A DNA stretch of 64,000 nt from assembly GCA_963733035.1 (NCBI GenBank), contig CAVTBU010000007.1, positions 96,001 through 160,000 of the forward strand, read 5' to 3'. The stretch's first letter is position 1; every line of letters starts with the position of its first letter. Source of the DNA: Pirellulales bacterium. GTDB lineage: Bacteria; Planctomycetota; Planctomycetia; Pirellulales; PALSA-1355. The notes beneath the pieces are model-generated. The model worked only from the letters and a program-made list of their open reading frames with translations, made no database searches and was not told where the DNA came from. Of the stretch, positions 50,828 to 60,587 are shown one piece after another. The translations under genes and the position numbers were made by a program.

Positions 50828-52351
50828 ATGGCTCGCTCTCATCGATGGCCCGTCGGATTGGCAATTGCCGCGCTGGCGCTGGCAAGTTCGCCGGCGGCGC
50901 AAGCGGAAGACCAGTTCGACTCGGTTCGCCAACGCATCACGCGGGCGCTGGTCGACAGTAATCTCCCCTCGATCGCTCTGGCCGTCGTCCACAATGGCGA
51001 GATTATCTGGGAACAAGGTTTCGGGCTGGCCGACCGCGAAAACCGCACGCCTGCCAGTGAGCACACGATGTATTCGGTCGCCAGCGTCTCCAAGCCGGTC
51101 ACGGCCACGGGGCTCATGGTGTTAGTTGAACGGGGACTCATCGACCTGGACAAACCGATCGATGACTACCTGGGCGAAGCCAAGTTGCGGGCTCGCGTGG
51201 GCAATGCCGCCGACGCCACCGTGCGTCGCGTGGCTAACCACACCTCTGGCTTGCCGCTGCACTACCAGTTTTTTTATGAGGATGAGACTTTCGCGCCGCC
51301 CGGCTATGACGAGACGATTCGTCGCTACGCGAACCTCGTTACGGCGCCCGGCGAGCGCTACCAATACAGCAACCTCGGCTACGGTCTGCTCGACTATGTC
51401 ATCGAGCGGATCGGCGAGAAGAAGTACGCCGACTTCATGCGCGAGGAGGTCTTTCTGCCGCTGGGGATGACGCACACTTCGATTGACGTTGCCCCGGGCC
51501 TCGAGCCGCACGAGGCGATCCGCTACACGCCCGAGGGAAAGCGGATCCCGTTCTATACGTTCGATCACAACGGCGCCTCGGCCGTGTATGCGAGCGCCCA
51601 CGATCTGGCCCGCTTTGCGATGTTTCACATGAAGGAGCACCTGGCCGAGCAGCGGCCGATTCTCAGCGACGCTTCGATCGATGCCATGCAAGTGCCGACG
51701 GCCAGCAGCTCGTCCGATGCCGGTTATGGCATCGGTTGGGGCTCGTTCACGAATCAGCGGGGCTACGCCTGCGTGCAGCACACCGGCGGCATGCCGGGCG
51801 TGTCGACCTGCGTGCGGATGGTGCCGGCCGAGCGCTTGGCCGTGGTCGTGCTGGCTAACAGCCGCAGCCCGTTGGCCTATCGGCTCCCCGACCTGATCAC
51901 CGACATCCTCCTGCCGGAGAAACCCGATTCCGAAAAGCAGCCGGCAAGCGACAACACGAAGAAGGACGAGGAAGACGGCGCCGACTCCAAACCATTTGTA
52001 CCGAGCGCCGAACTGGTAGGTACCTGGAACGGCGACATCGCTACGTACGAAGGCCGCACGCGGCTGCGGCTGGTGTTCGAGGATGACGGCGACGTTCACG
52101 TGCGATTGGGCAAGCAGCTTGAAACCCTGCTCAGCAACGTCTCCTATCGCGACGGTTTCCTCCGTGGCCGCTTCGCCGGCAGGCTGCCATACGAGGACCA
52201 TCGAGGCCGCGACTACAACATTCAGCTCGAGCTGAAGCTGCGCGACGACAAACTCAATGGCTCGGCCACCACGCATACGCTTCCCGACGCCTGGGGCAGC
52301 AACGCCGTGACGCATTGGGCGGAAGTAAAGAAGCAGCCAGCATCACGTTAG
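50828..52351 (+). CDS. Exported serine hydrolase, beta-lactamase/PBP (class C-like) family
   Basis: SVSK (SxxK), HTSGL, YSN and HTGG; extra C-terminal domain. Confidence 0.9.
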   Translation: MARSHRWPVGLAIAALALASSPAAQAEDQFDSVRQRITRALVDSNLPSIALAVVHNGEIIWEQGFGLADRENRTPASEHTMYSVASVSKPVTATGLMVLVERGLIDLDKPIDDYLGEAKLRARVGNAADATVRRVANHTSGLPLHYQFFYEDETFAPPGYDETIRRYANLVTAPGERYQYSNLGYGLLDYVIERIGEKKYADFMREEVFLPLGMTHTSIDVAPGLEPHEAIRYTPEGKRIPFYTFDHNGASAVYASAHDLARFAMFHMKEHLAEQRPILSDASIDAMQVPTASSSSDAGYGIGWGSFTNQRGYACVQHTGGMPGVSTCVRMVPAERLAVVVLANSRSPLAYRLPDLITDILLPEKPDSEKQPASDNTKKDEEDGADSKPFVPSAELVGTWNGDIATYEGRTRLRLVFEDDGDVHVRLGKQLETLLSNVSYRDGFLRGRFAGRLPYEDHRGRDYNIQLELKLRDDKLNGSATTHTLPDAWGSNAVTHWAEVKKQPASR

Positions 52352-52352
52352 G

Positions 52353-52769
52353 CTACGGCGTGATCTCCAAATGTACGTCGCCGAGGGGGACGCCGGGGTA
52401 GGGGAGGTCGATTTCCAGTACGTTGTGCAGCTTGAGCTGCCGCGTGATGTCGTGGCGACGCGCCGTCGCCGAATCGGCGGCCACCGAGAGTTGCTCGCCG
52501 TTGAGCCGAACGACACCCCGCTCGTCGAGGCTGGCAAGGACCAGCAGCACCCGCTCGCGCGGATCGAGATTCGTCGGCTGGTTAAACCGCCGCGTCAGCC
52601 GCGCCCGGCCCGTAAAATCGTCGCCCAGTAGCTCGCGGCCGTCGCTGGGCATTTGAATCCGCCCGCCCGCGGGCAGATCCTTGGCAACTTCCTGCTGGCC
52701 GGTCGACGTTACGACCACGCGCGCCAGCGGCGTAAGTTCCCAAGGCCCGCGAAGACGAATCTGGTGCAT
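52353..52769 (-). CDS. Hypothetical protein resembling a stand-alone GH2-type sugar-binding domain
   Basis: IRLRGPW, RRF..P, VRLNG, HDIT..L..NVLEI and GDVHLE. Confidence 0.6.
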   Translation of the reverse strand: MHQIRLRGPWELTPLARVVVTSTGQQEVAKDLPAGGRIQMPSDGRELLGDDFTGRARLTRRFNQPTNLDPRERVLLVLASLDERGVVRLNGEQLSVAADSATARRHDITRQLKLHNVLEIDLPYPGVPLGDVHLEITP

Positions 52770-52770
52770 G

Positions 52771-52875
52771 GGGGAGAAGGCAGAAGTAGGAAGGATGAGA
52801 AAGAATCAGCGTCCAACGTAGCGGTGAATCCAAGTCTCACTCATCCTTCATCCATCCGCCATCATCGTTCACTTC
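52771..52875. repeat. Two inverted arrays of degenerate TCxxCCT heptamers
   Basis: Plus strand from 52841: tcatcct tcatcca tccgcca tcatcgt tcacttc. Minus strand from 52798: tcatcct tcctact tctgcct tctcccc. GAAGGATGAG (52790-99) is the reverse complement of CTCATCCTTC (52840-49). Confidence 0.7.
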
Positions 52876-54398
52876 TACTTCGAGTCGAACCGTTGGATCA
52901 CGACGGCTTCGCGAATTTGCTTGCTGTTGGGCTCATAGACGCGAATTGTTACGCGGACGCCGCGCAGCGGAGTTAGATAGGGAGGATGCGTATCGAATTC
53001 AGCCGCTTCATCTACAAGCCCGTTTCCGTTGTCATCCAATCCGTTCGTGCCGGCGTCCATGAATCCATCTCCATCTTCGTCTATACCGTTGTTTTCGTAG
53101 TGCAGGGACCACGTATCATAAACGCGCCATGCAGGGATAAACGCGCTGAGTGGCTTTCTGTCCGGATTCTGCGCCGAAAACTGGGAGTTCGCCGCAGAGT
53201 AATAGCCCAAATCGGCATATGCCCCCATGCTGATAACTGTACTGGCAGCCGGCCATCCTGGATCGCCAGGTTCTAATGCAACCGTTCCGGAACTGTCAAC
53301 TTTGACCGGTGCGTCAGCATCCCATACTCGCACATCAAATGCGAGGACGTTCGTTAGCAGTACGTCATCGCCAAGTCTCTGGCCAGCCATCGGTTTAAGT
53401 AGGGCATTTTCTTGCGGCGACGAGTTTAGTGACGCGGGCATCACCGGTGTTCCCGGCGAAGCAAATGGCACCGATGGTATCACGGCCGGGTCACCACTGA
53501 AGGGAAACGAGAAAGACGAAATTCCGTAGTGCGCGAACCTGTTCTCTCGCTTGGTAAGATCGCCAAGCGAGTTTGGAACCATCGTCGGCGTTCCTGAAAT
53601 TGTCTCGAACCGGGCTGATAGGTCATTGTCTGTTCTGAAACTGTTCAGCGGACTAGAAGTTTGCCCGACGTTCGGCGACACCAACAACACCCGTCGATAG
53701 AGCGTGCACAGTTTTGTCGGAACTGGATTATTCATTGAGTCCACGACGCTCGCGTCCATGATCGGCCCGTCTTGCACGAGGAAATAAATCACCTCGGCGA
53801 GCGGCGACTCAATCGTGGTGTTTACGCCACCAACGAGCGCTTTACCCACGAACGGCGCGCCTCGACTGCGAACCGTGAACATCAAAATGTCGTCTGTATC
53901 GCCAAACAGGGTCCAGCTCGCTGGAGGACTTACGCCGGATATGCTCGACTTTATGCCGTTTGCCTGCGCAATCCTTCGCGGATGATCGTCATTAGATGCG
54001 CCCTCAACGATCTCAAAATACCCCTCGTCCATTTCCGGGCGAAGCGGCGGGGCCATCGTTGCGGTGGCACCTTGCAAATCGCGTTGGATCTGGTCGCGGG
54101 CGGAGCCGAGGCGTTCGGACATTTCGATCAGCGTGCGGCTGGCCGAGACGCTATCGCTGAGCACGCCAAACAGCGTCACCACGGCCCCCATCATGATCAA
54201 CGTGATGGCCAGCGAGACCAGCATTTCAATCAGCGTAAAACCGCCCCGGCCGCTCGCGCCTCGCACGTTTAGCCCGAGCAGCATCGCTGCCGGCGCGTCC
54301 GCCCGAGCGTCGTTCGACAACTCGGCGCGAACCCGTACGGGCGGTCTGCCAGTCGATAGATTCCCCTGGGCAATTGGGGTGGGAAGATTCATGGCCAT
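52875..54398 (-). CDS. Prepilin-type N-terminal methylation domain protein (PilW/PulJ-like minor pilin)
   Basis: G|FTLIEMLVSLAITLIMM class III signal, IQRDL, C-terminal NGIDEDGDG/NGLDDNGNG loops and LRGVRVTIR. Start codon uncertain. Confidence 0.85.
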   Translation of the reverse strand: MAMNLPTPIAQGNLSTGRPPVRVRAELSNDARADAPAAMLLGLNVRGASGRGGFTLIEMLVSLAITLIMMGAVVTLFGVLSDSVSASRTLIEMSERLGSARDQIQRDLQGATATMAPPLRPEMDEGYFEIVEGASNDDHPRRIAQANGIKSSISGVSPPASWTLFGDTDDILMFTVRSRGAPFVGKALVGGVNTTIESPLAEVIYFLVQDGPIMDASVVDSMNNPVPTKLCTLYRRVLLVSPNVGQTSSPLNSFRTDNDLSARFETISGTPTMVPNSLGDLTKRENRFAHYGISSFSFPFSGDPAVIPSVPFASPGTPVMPASLNSSPQENALLKPMAGQRLGDDVLLTNVLAFDVRVWDADAPVKVDSSGTVALEPGDPGWPAASTVISMGAYADLGYYSAANSQFSAQNPDRKPLSAFIPAWRVYDTWSLHYENNGIDEDGDGFMDAGTNGLDDNGNGLVDEAAEFDTHPPYLTPLRGVRVTIRVYEPNSKQIREAVVIQRFDSK

Positions 54399-54523
54399 CT
54401 CTTTTCCGCGAAGTGAAGCGCCCCCCGCCCGAGCAGCACGCGTGATGGCAGCTTGCCCACTGCCGGCCCGCTCGATGCGGCAGATCCTATTCTACCCCCA
54501 GCCCCGGCAAATCGCCAATCGGA

Positions 54524-54847
54524 TCAAAAGTTGGTCGCCAGCACGTACCCGCCATAAAGGATCAGGCAAATGAGCGGCACGGCCAGAATATTCTTTACCA
54601 AGTCGGCAAAACGTTGGAGTTGCGGCGTCAGGCTCCAAAAGTAGTGGACATGAGCGAAGAGGGCCGCGCTGCTCACAAACGCGACCCAGGGGCTAATTCC
54701 CTGGCTCACCAGCTGCACGATGCTGTAAACGATCGCGGCGGCCGGGGCGGCAACTCCCAGCACGTACTTGTGCCACCAATCGTCCTCGGGCGGACCAAGC
54801 ATGCTGTCCGCGACGTCGAATGCGCCTCGATGGTAATTGCCGACCAT
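54524..54847 (-). CDS. Hypothetical membrane protein (3 TM)
   Basis: Three hydrophobic segments, HVHYFW. Confidence 0.6.
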   Translation of the reverse strand: MVGNYHRGAFDVADSMLGPPEDDWWHKYVLGVAAPAAAIVYSIVQLVSQGISPWVAFVSSAALFAHVHYFWSLTPQLQRFADLVKNILAVPLICLILYGGYVLATNF

Positions 54848-54932
54848 CTCTCTCGCCGAGTGAAAAGACCGACCTCGTCTATCCTCATGGTACTAGGTCG
54901 GCGGCGGCGCCGACACAAAAAAGCGGGGCGGT

Positions 54933-55283
54933 CTAGACACCTGTCGACTCCAGCAATCGCCCGATTTCGCTAACGGCGGCCGTCAACGAAGCAGCCGCCA
55001 TCTGGAAGTTCGTGTGCGAGGAGACCTCCGGCTGGATCTGGGCGAACGCCTCGGCTGTCGCCCGCAGCTTGGAGAATTTCTTACGCGCCAGCTTCAGGTA
55101 CTCAGCGGCATTCTGTTCGCGCCAGGCGCCGCCGACGGCGAGCTGATAGTCGTACAACGCCCGATGGATTTCCGCCAGTTCCTCGTCCTCGGCGGCTTCG
55201 TCGGAATGCTTGAGAAACGCGCGCACCATCCATACGTGGGCCAGTTGCGTTTCGATCCCCTGCATTGCCTCCCGTGGTTCCAT
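54933..55283 (-). CDS. Small all-helical hypothetical protein
   Basis: HVWMVRAFLKH and HTNFQMA. ATG 55283 preferred as start. Confidence 0.7.
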   Translation of the reverse strand: MEPREAMQGIETQLAHVWMVRAFLKHSDEAAEDEELAEIHRALYDYQLAVGGAWREQNAAEYLKLARKKFSKLRATAEAFAQIQPEVSSHTNFQMAAASLTAAVSEIGRLLESTGV

Positions 55284-55334
55284 GCCGCTCAACCTTCGCG
55301 CTTCGCTCGCTTGCCGTCTCAGCGTAAGACCTCG

Positions 55335-56423
55335 TTAGGCCGTGGCCGTTTCGGGATTTGGCTCCTCGCTGGGGGGCGGAGCATGCGGCGCCGGCTTGGG
55401 GGCGAACACCAGCACCGTCACGGCGCCGGCCACCACCACGATCAATCCGGCGAAAAACATCGCGTGTAAGTCGCCCCACTGGCCCGCCTGCGTAACGCTG
55501 ACAAACGTATTGATCACCGGCGCGCCGCCGAACACCAGCGGCATGACAAAGATCGGTTTGCCGCCGAAATTAAAGGCCATGATGATGCCCAGCGCGCCGA
55601 CCGCGCCGGCCGCGCCGCCAGCCAGACTCCAAAACGAACCGCTGACGGTAAACTTCCCGGGATCTTCCCACTGCAACAGGATCAGCGTGGGCACGATCAC
55701 CGCGATCAGAAAGTAGGCCACACCGACGCAAATGAACGGCCGCAGCCGGCTGCCGGCCATCCCCATCTGGCCACGATGCAGCGTCGGACCGTACACACCC
55801 CACGACAGCGCCGTCATGGCCGTGAACAGCATCACCATGCTGTAGCGTTCCCAAGTGGTCTCGCCGGCGCCCAGTTCGTGTTTGGCGGGCGTCTTTTCGG
55901 CCACGGCCGGCTTGCCCTCGGATTCCGTCGCCGCGGTTTGCTGCGGGGCCGGCCCGTGTCCGCCGTGCGGGCGAAAGATGAGTACCGTGACCGCGCCGAC
56001 GATCACCAGGATCAGCCCGGCGATGAAGATCGGATTGATTTGCTTGAACGACTTCGACCAGTACATCGTCAGAAACGTGTTCACCACCGGCGCGCCGCCG
56101 AAGACCAGCGGCATCACGTAAATCGGGCTGCCACGAAACGCCAAAGCCAGAATGATGCCCAAGGCTCCCACCGCGCCGGCCGCACCGGCCGCCAGGCTCC
56201 AGACGATGCCGGTGGTGCTCCAGTGCCCCCCTTCGCCCTTCAGCCGCAGCGTGATCACGGGTGCCAACACCGCGATCAGAAAATACGCGATGCCCACGCA
56301 GATGAACGGTTTGAGCGAGCTCCCCAGCATGTCGGCGCGGCCCACCGCCAGCACGGGTCCGTAAACGCCCCAGCAGATCATGGCCAGAAAGATCGACAGT
56401 AGCAGGGCGGCAAGGCCTTTCAT
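55335..56423 (-). CDS. Internally duplicated polytopic membrane protein (DMT/EamA-like)
   Basis: Two copies of WGVYGP...PFICVGxAYFLIAV...WSLAxGAAGAVGALGII...MPLVFGGAPVxNTF. Confidence 0.78.
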   Translation of the reverse strand: MKGLAALLLSIFLAMICWGVYGPVLAVGRADMLGSSLKPFICVGIAYFLIAVLAPVITLRLKGEGGHWSTTGIVWSLAAGAAGAVGALGIILALAFRGSPIYVMPLVFGGAPVVNTFLTMYWSKSFKQINPIFIAGLILVIVGAVTVLIFRPHGGHGPAPQQTAATESEGKPAVAEKTPAKHELGAGETTWERYSMVMLFTAMTALSWGVYGPTLHRGQMGMAGSRLRPFICVGVAYFLIAVIVPTLILLQWEDPGKFTVSGSFWSLAGGAAGAVGALGIIMAFNFGGKPIFVMPLVFGGAPVINTFVSVTQAGQWGDLHAMFFAGLIVVVAGAVTVLVFAPKPAPHAPPPSEEPNPETATA

Positions 56424-56506
56424 GGCGGATCGGCTCCAAAAAAATCGAGGAACGGCGGGGCAGGGGCGCATTATCGGCAACGATGCCGCAGGTTGCTAGA
56501 GGGAAG

Positions 56507-59500
56507 TTACTCTTCGCGCAGCGCGGGCAGCAGTTTCGCTCGTAGCGTCGCTCGCACGGCGAGCAGCCCGGCCAGCAAACCAACGACGAGCACCGTGGCC
56601 AGGGTCGCGGCCAGCGACAGCCAGGGCACGCTCGCACCGCCGCTGAGCCAATGCGGCAACACGGCCACCAGCGCCGCCAGAATGCCCACGCCGAGTCCCC
56701 CGACCAACAGTAGCGTGTTCTCGATCATCACCAGCCGCGCAAGCAGTGCGCGGCGGAAGCCGGCGGCCCGCATCAACGCGAGTTCGCCGCGGCGTTCGAG
56801 CACGCTGCGCAATTGCACCGTGGCCAGGCCGAACGTGCCTAGCAGCAGCCCCAGGCCGCCAAGGCTCTGGAACGTCGAGAGGTAAGTGTTCTGCACGGCA
56901 AAGAAACCGGCCAACCGCCCGCGGCTCGTTTCGGCGTCGAAGCCGTAATCACCCAGCGACTCTTCGAGCAATTGTTGCACCTTGTCGATTGGCTCGCCGT
57001 CTGTGTCAACCAGAAAGAAACGATAGCCGTTGACCTCGGGATACAGGTCGAGAAACGCCGTTTCGCCAATCAGCATGTCGCCCTGAAAGATACTGTTCTT
57101 GAGCAGGCCGACGATTTGCAGCCGCACGGTGTGGCCGTTGCCGTCGACGACGTCGATCACGTCGCCGAGCGCTTTGTGCAGGCTATAGGTGGCCGTGTTG
57201 AAGTCAACGACCGACGGTACGACGCGTACGCCGTCCGGCGCCGGCGGCAGCTTCTCGTCGAGCAACAACCAGGGATTCGCCGATTGCTCCGATGTTTTTG
57301 CTTGCGACGCTCCCCAGGTAAAACCGCCGCGCTGGATGAGCGCCTGCGGAACGCCCAGGATCCGTGGTTGGGTAGCCTGGTAGAGATTCAAGCAACTTGC
57401 GTCGTCGCCCGACTCGACGCGCAGCGAAAACGCCTGGCACTTGGCAAGCACTTCGTCGGCCTCCTGCGTCAGGCCGAGCTCTTCACGGCCGGCTGGGTCG
57501 CTTAGGTTCTGGTAAATCGGCGCATCGCTTTGCGCCACCAGCGAAAAACCACCGCTGCCGCTATGGGGCCCGCTGGCCAGCGACGCCGGGTCAAGCCGAA
57601 ACGCCGAGAGGGCCACGATCAGAAAACTGGCCGCCGCGATCAGCCCGATCGACAGCACGCTGCGGCTCGGATTGCGGGCGCCGTTGCGTGCGGCCAACCG
57701 TGCGATCGGCATGGCGCCCGCGGCAACGTTGCTGGTAATCGCGCCGCGGCGCATGCGGTTGGCCAGGAAGGTGAGCGCCGAGGCCAAGACCAACGCGCCC
57801 GCGCCAACAAAGGCCCCGGCCTGCGCCTCGCCGCTCAGCCAGGGAGCCATGCCGCCGGAGATGGCCGCCAGCGCCAACAGCGCCGCCGCAACCCACAACC
57901 CGGTGCGCGAGCTGCCGCGCGCGGCAAAGCGATCTTCTTGTGCCTGACCGGCCAATAGCCGCCGCACGGAGATTCTTTTCAGCCGCCGTAGCGTCCACAG
58001 CACGGTCAGCAGCGAAACGATCAGTCCACCCACGAAACCGATGACAAGACTGGTGGGTGTAACGTACAGCGTAAGAAACGGCGTGCTGATGGCGTCGACC
58101 CACCAGGTGGTCAGGCCCACGAGCATCAGCCAGGCGTAGCCCACGCCGGCGACGACACCTAGCAGCGAGCCGACTGCCGTGACGACGAGCGCTTCCACGG
58201 CGAGCACGACCAGAATCCGCCGGTTGCGCATGCCGACGGTTCGCAGCACGCCGATCTCTTCGGCCCGCTGCTCGATGCCCAGGCGAAACAACAGGGCAAC
58301 CAACAGCAGCGACGCGACCATGATGAACAAGCTGAACCCGATGAACAGCCCGTCGAAGGCCGTGGTGCCGCGCGAGGCCTCCAGCCCCAGCCGTTTGATC
58401 GGCCGGAAAATGAATCCCATCGAGGCCGGGGCCAGCACGAGTTGATCGGCCTGGGCTTGCAGCGTCGGTCCCGGCGGCGGCGCGAATCGCACCGCCGTGG
58501 TATCGCCAAAACGGCTCGACCACAACTTGCGTCCGGCAGCCAGCGAGATGAACGCCTTGGGCGTCGTGCGATGCTCGTCCCAGTACTGTTCGTCCTTGTC
58601 GCGGACGCGCGTCGGGTCGTACGGAAATGGCGGATCCCAATCGCTGATCGAAAGCTGATCGGTCACGCCGGGCAGCTGCGGCGTCAGGTCAGGATCGGCG
58701 GCCAAACCTGCGAGCGCGGCGACGTCCTTGAGCCGAAACGTCGCTTTCGCTTCGCGGACCTTGCCGTGCGTGCTCTCGGGTTCGAAGTAGGAGATTTCGA
58801 TCGTATCGCCCGGCTTCGCCCCCAAATCCTCGGCCGCCCAGGTGTTCAGCACGATTTCATCGTCGGCCAGCCGCGCGATCGGTTTGCCTGCGGAGTTGTT
58901 GAAGGGGCCGAGTGGCGGAGCGGTTTGAAAGTCGAGGGCGGAAATCGTCGAGTAGGGGATTTCCTTGTCGCCCAGGGCAATCGTGTTGGCCAGATAGGTA
59001 AACACCGCCTGCGGTTGGTCGGCGGCGAACGCTTTCATGGCCGCCTCGACCACCACCGGATCGACGAGCATGCGATTGCTGGTCAACTGCACATAACCCA
59101 AACGGTGCTGCTGAATCGTGATGCCGTAGTCGGCCAGTCTTGGCTGGAGCAACTTGACGAGTTCGGCGTGCGCCGCCGGCGTTGGCGTGAGTCCCTCGCG
59201 GCCAGCCACGAAGATCGCATTCGCCCGCTCTGGCTGCTCCAATGCGTCCTGCAGCGTTTCGACCGCCACGAAGGCATCGAGCGGCACCAATTGACTGGGG
59301 CTCAGCGCAAAGCGCCCCAATCCATCGGCCGGAATGATGGCCGAAACGGTGAGTCGGCGGTTGCGGATCGTCTCGGTCTTGCGTCCCAGGGCGCTATCGG
59401 CGGGAATCTGGCTGGCGCTGCCGATGCGCATCAGCACCTCGTCGCCAACCTTCGCGCCGATTTCCCGAGCTAGTGGAGCGTTGAGCACGATTTCGCCGCG

Positions 59501-59938
59501 CCCCGGCGCTGTCTCTGGCCCGCCTTCTCCCAGCTTCCAGAACGACGCATCGCTGCCGATCACCGCTACTTGTCCGGCGCGCAGCGCGCTTTCCGGATTG
59601 TCAACCGTCGCCTGCACGTAGATTGCCGGCACGGCCGCCGAGAAGTACTTGTTAAACTCCGCGCCGCCGGCCACTTCGGTGGCCAGTTCGGTGCGAAAGA
59701 ACCGATCGGTCACCAACACTTCGTCGATCTGCCCGAGTTGGTCCAGCAGCAGATGCCGCAGACTGCCGCGCATCGAGTCGCCAACCAGCAGGGCGCCAGT
59801 GAGCACGGCGCTCGAGGCCATCACGGCAAGCGCCACGGCCAGGTTCGTGCGCCAGTGATAGCGCAGCCCCGACCCGATCAGGCTGCCGAGCGAAAAACGG
59901 CCCGGGTTAGACGGCGGTGGGTTCGAGCTGACCTGCAT
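56507..59938 (-). CDS. ABC transporter permease, MacB/FtsX family (two permease modules)
   Basis: GALLVGDSMRGSL, EQRAEEIGVLRTVG, ERRGELALMRAAGF, large periplasmic domains. Confidence 0.9.
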   Translation of the reverse strand: MQVSSNPPPSNPGRFSLGSLIGSGLRYHWRTNLAVALAVMASSAVLTGALLVGDSMRGSLRHLLLDQLGQIDEVLVTDRFFRTELATEVAGGAEFNKYFSAAVPAIYVQATVDNPESALRAGQVAVIGSDASFWKLGEGGPETAPGRGEIVLNAPLAREIGAKVGDEVLMRIGSASQIPADSALGRKTETIRNRRLTVSAIIPADGLGRFALSPSQLVPLDAFVAVETLQDALEQPERANAIFVAGREGLTPTPAAHAELVKLLQPRLADYGITIQQHRLGYVQLTSNRMLVDPVVVEAAMKAFAADQPQAVFTYLANTIALGDKEIPYSTISALDFQTAPPLGPFNNSAGKPIARLADDEIVLNTWAAEDLGAKPGDTIEISYFEPESTHGKVREAKATFRLKDVAALAGLAADPDLTPQLPGVTDQLSISDWDPPFPYDPTRVRDKDEQYWDEHRTTPKAFISLAAGRKLWSSRFGDTTAVRFAPPPGPTLQAQADQLVLAPASMGFIFRPIKRLGLEASRGTTAFDGLFIGFSLFIMVASLLLVALLFRLGIEQRAEEIGVLRTVGMRNRRILVVLAVEALVVTAVGSLLGVVAGVGYAWLMLVGLTTWWVDAISTPFLTLYVTPTSLVIGFVGGLIVSLLTVLWTLRRLKRISVRRLLAGQAQEDRFAARGSSRTGLWVAAALLALAAISGGMAPWLSGEAQAGAFVGAGALVLASALTFLANRMRRGAITSNVAAGAMPIARLAARNGARNPSRSVLSIGLIAAASFLIVALSAFRLDPASLASGPHSGSGGFSLVAQSDAPIYQNLSDPAGREELGLTQEADEVLAKCQAFSLRVESGDDASCLNLYQATQPRILGVPQALIQRGGFTWGASQAKTSEQSANPWLLLDEKLPPAPDGVRVVPSVVDFNTATYSLHKALGDVIDVVDGNGHTVRLQIVGLLKNSIFQGDMLIGETAFLDLYPEVNGYRFFLVDTDGEPIDKVQQLLEESLGDYGFDAETSRGRLAGFFAVQNTYLSTFQSLGGLGLLLGTFGLATVQLRSVLERRGELALMRAAGFRRALLARLVMIENTLLLVGGLGVGILAALVAVLPHWLSGGASVPWLSLAATLATVLVVGLLAGLLAVRATLRAKLLPALREE

Positions 59939-60587
59939 TGAGTTCCACGCGTCGTTGGAGCATGCCGGCAAGTTCCAGGCTATGCGTCACCACAATGAGC
60001 ATGGTGCGTTCGTAAGCTTGAAGTTCGATGAGCAACTCGGCCACGCCGGTCGCGGTCGCGCGGTCGAGGTTTCCGGTTGGCTCGTCGGCTAGCAGCAGAA
60101 CCGGCCGATTCACCAGCGCCCGCGCGATGGCCGTTCTCTGGCGCTCTCCGCCCGAAAGCTCGGCCGGCAGATGGTCGAGCCGGTTTTGCAGCCCCACGCG
60201 CTCCAGCAGCATGCGGGCCCGTTCGACCGCCTCGGGCCGCGCCTGGCCGTCGGCCAGCGTGGGCAACAGCACGTTTTCGAGCACCGAGCATTGCGGCAGC
60301 AGATGATGGTCTTGAAAGACAAAGCCGATCTTGTGATTGCGAAAGGCCGCCAGCCGCCGCTCGTCGAATTGAAACGGATCGTCGCCGTCGAGCGTCACGC
60401 GACCCGACGTTGGCATGTCGAGCGTGCCGATGATGTGCAGCAGCGTGCTCTTGCCGCAGCCACTAGGACCGGTGACGGCCAGATTTTCGCCCCCGCTCAA
60501 CTGACACGACACGCCGCGCAGCACCTCGAGCGGCTCGGCCCGGGTGGGAAACGACTTGGTGACATTGTCGACGACGAGTTCAGCCAT
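59907..60587 (-). CDS. ABC ATP-binding protein (LolD/MacB-like)
   Basis: GPSGCGKST, GFVFQ, LSGGERQR, LADEPTGNLD and VTH. Confidence 0.95.
   Translation of the reverse strand: MAELVVDNVTKSFPTRAEPLEVLRGVSCQLSGGENLAVTGPSGCGKSTLLHIIGTLDMPTSGRVTLDGDDPFQFDERRLAAFRNHKIGFVFQDHHLLPQCSVLENVLLPTLADGQARPEAVERARMLLERVGLQNRLDHLPAELSGGERQRTAIARALVNRPVLLLADEPTGNLDRATATGVAELLIELQAYERTMLIVVTHSLELAGMLQRRVELNAGQLEPTAV

Noticed and set aside
50828..52351. Antibiotic-resistance beta-lactamase (also the metallo-fold gene 32220..32906)
   Set aside because: Only fold-level motifs are present. Both resemble broad hydrolase families and lack any mobile context.
52875..54398. Diversity-generating retroelement or shufflon acting on the pilin-like gene
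   Set aside because: No reverse transcriptase, template repeat, recombinase or alternative cassettes in the window.
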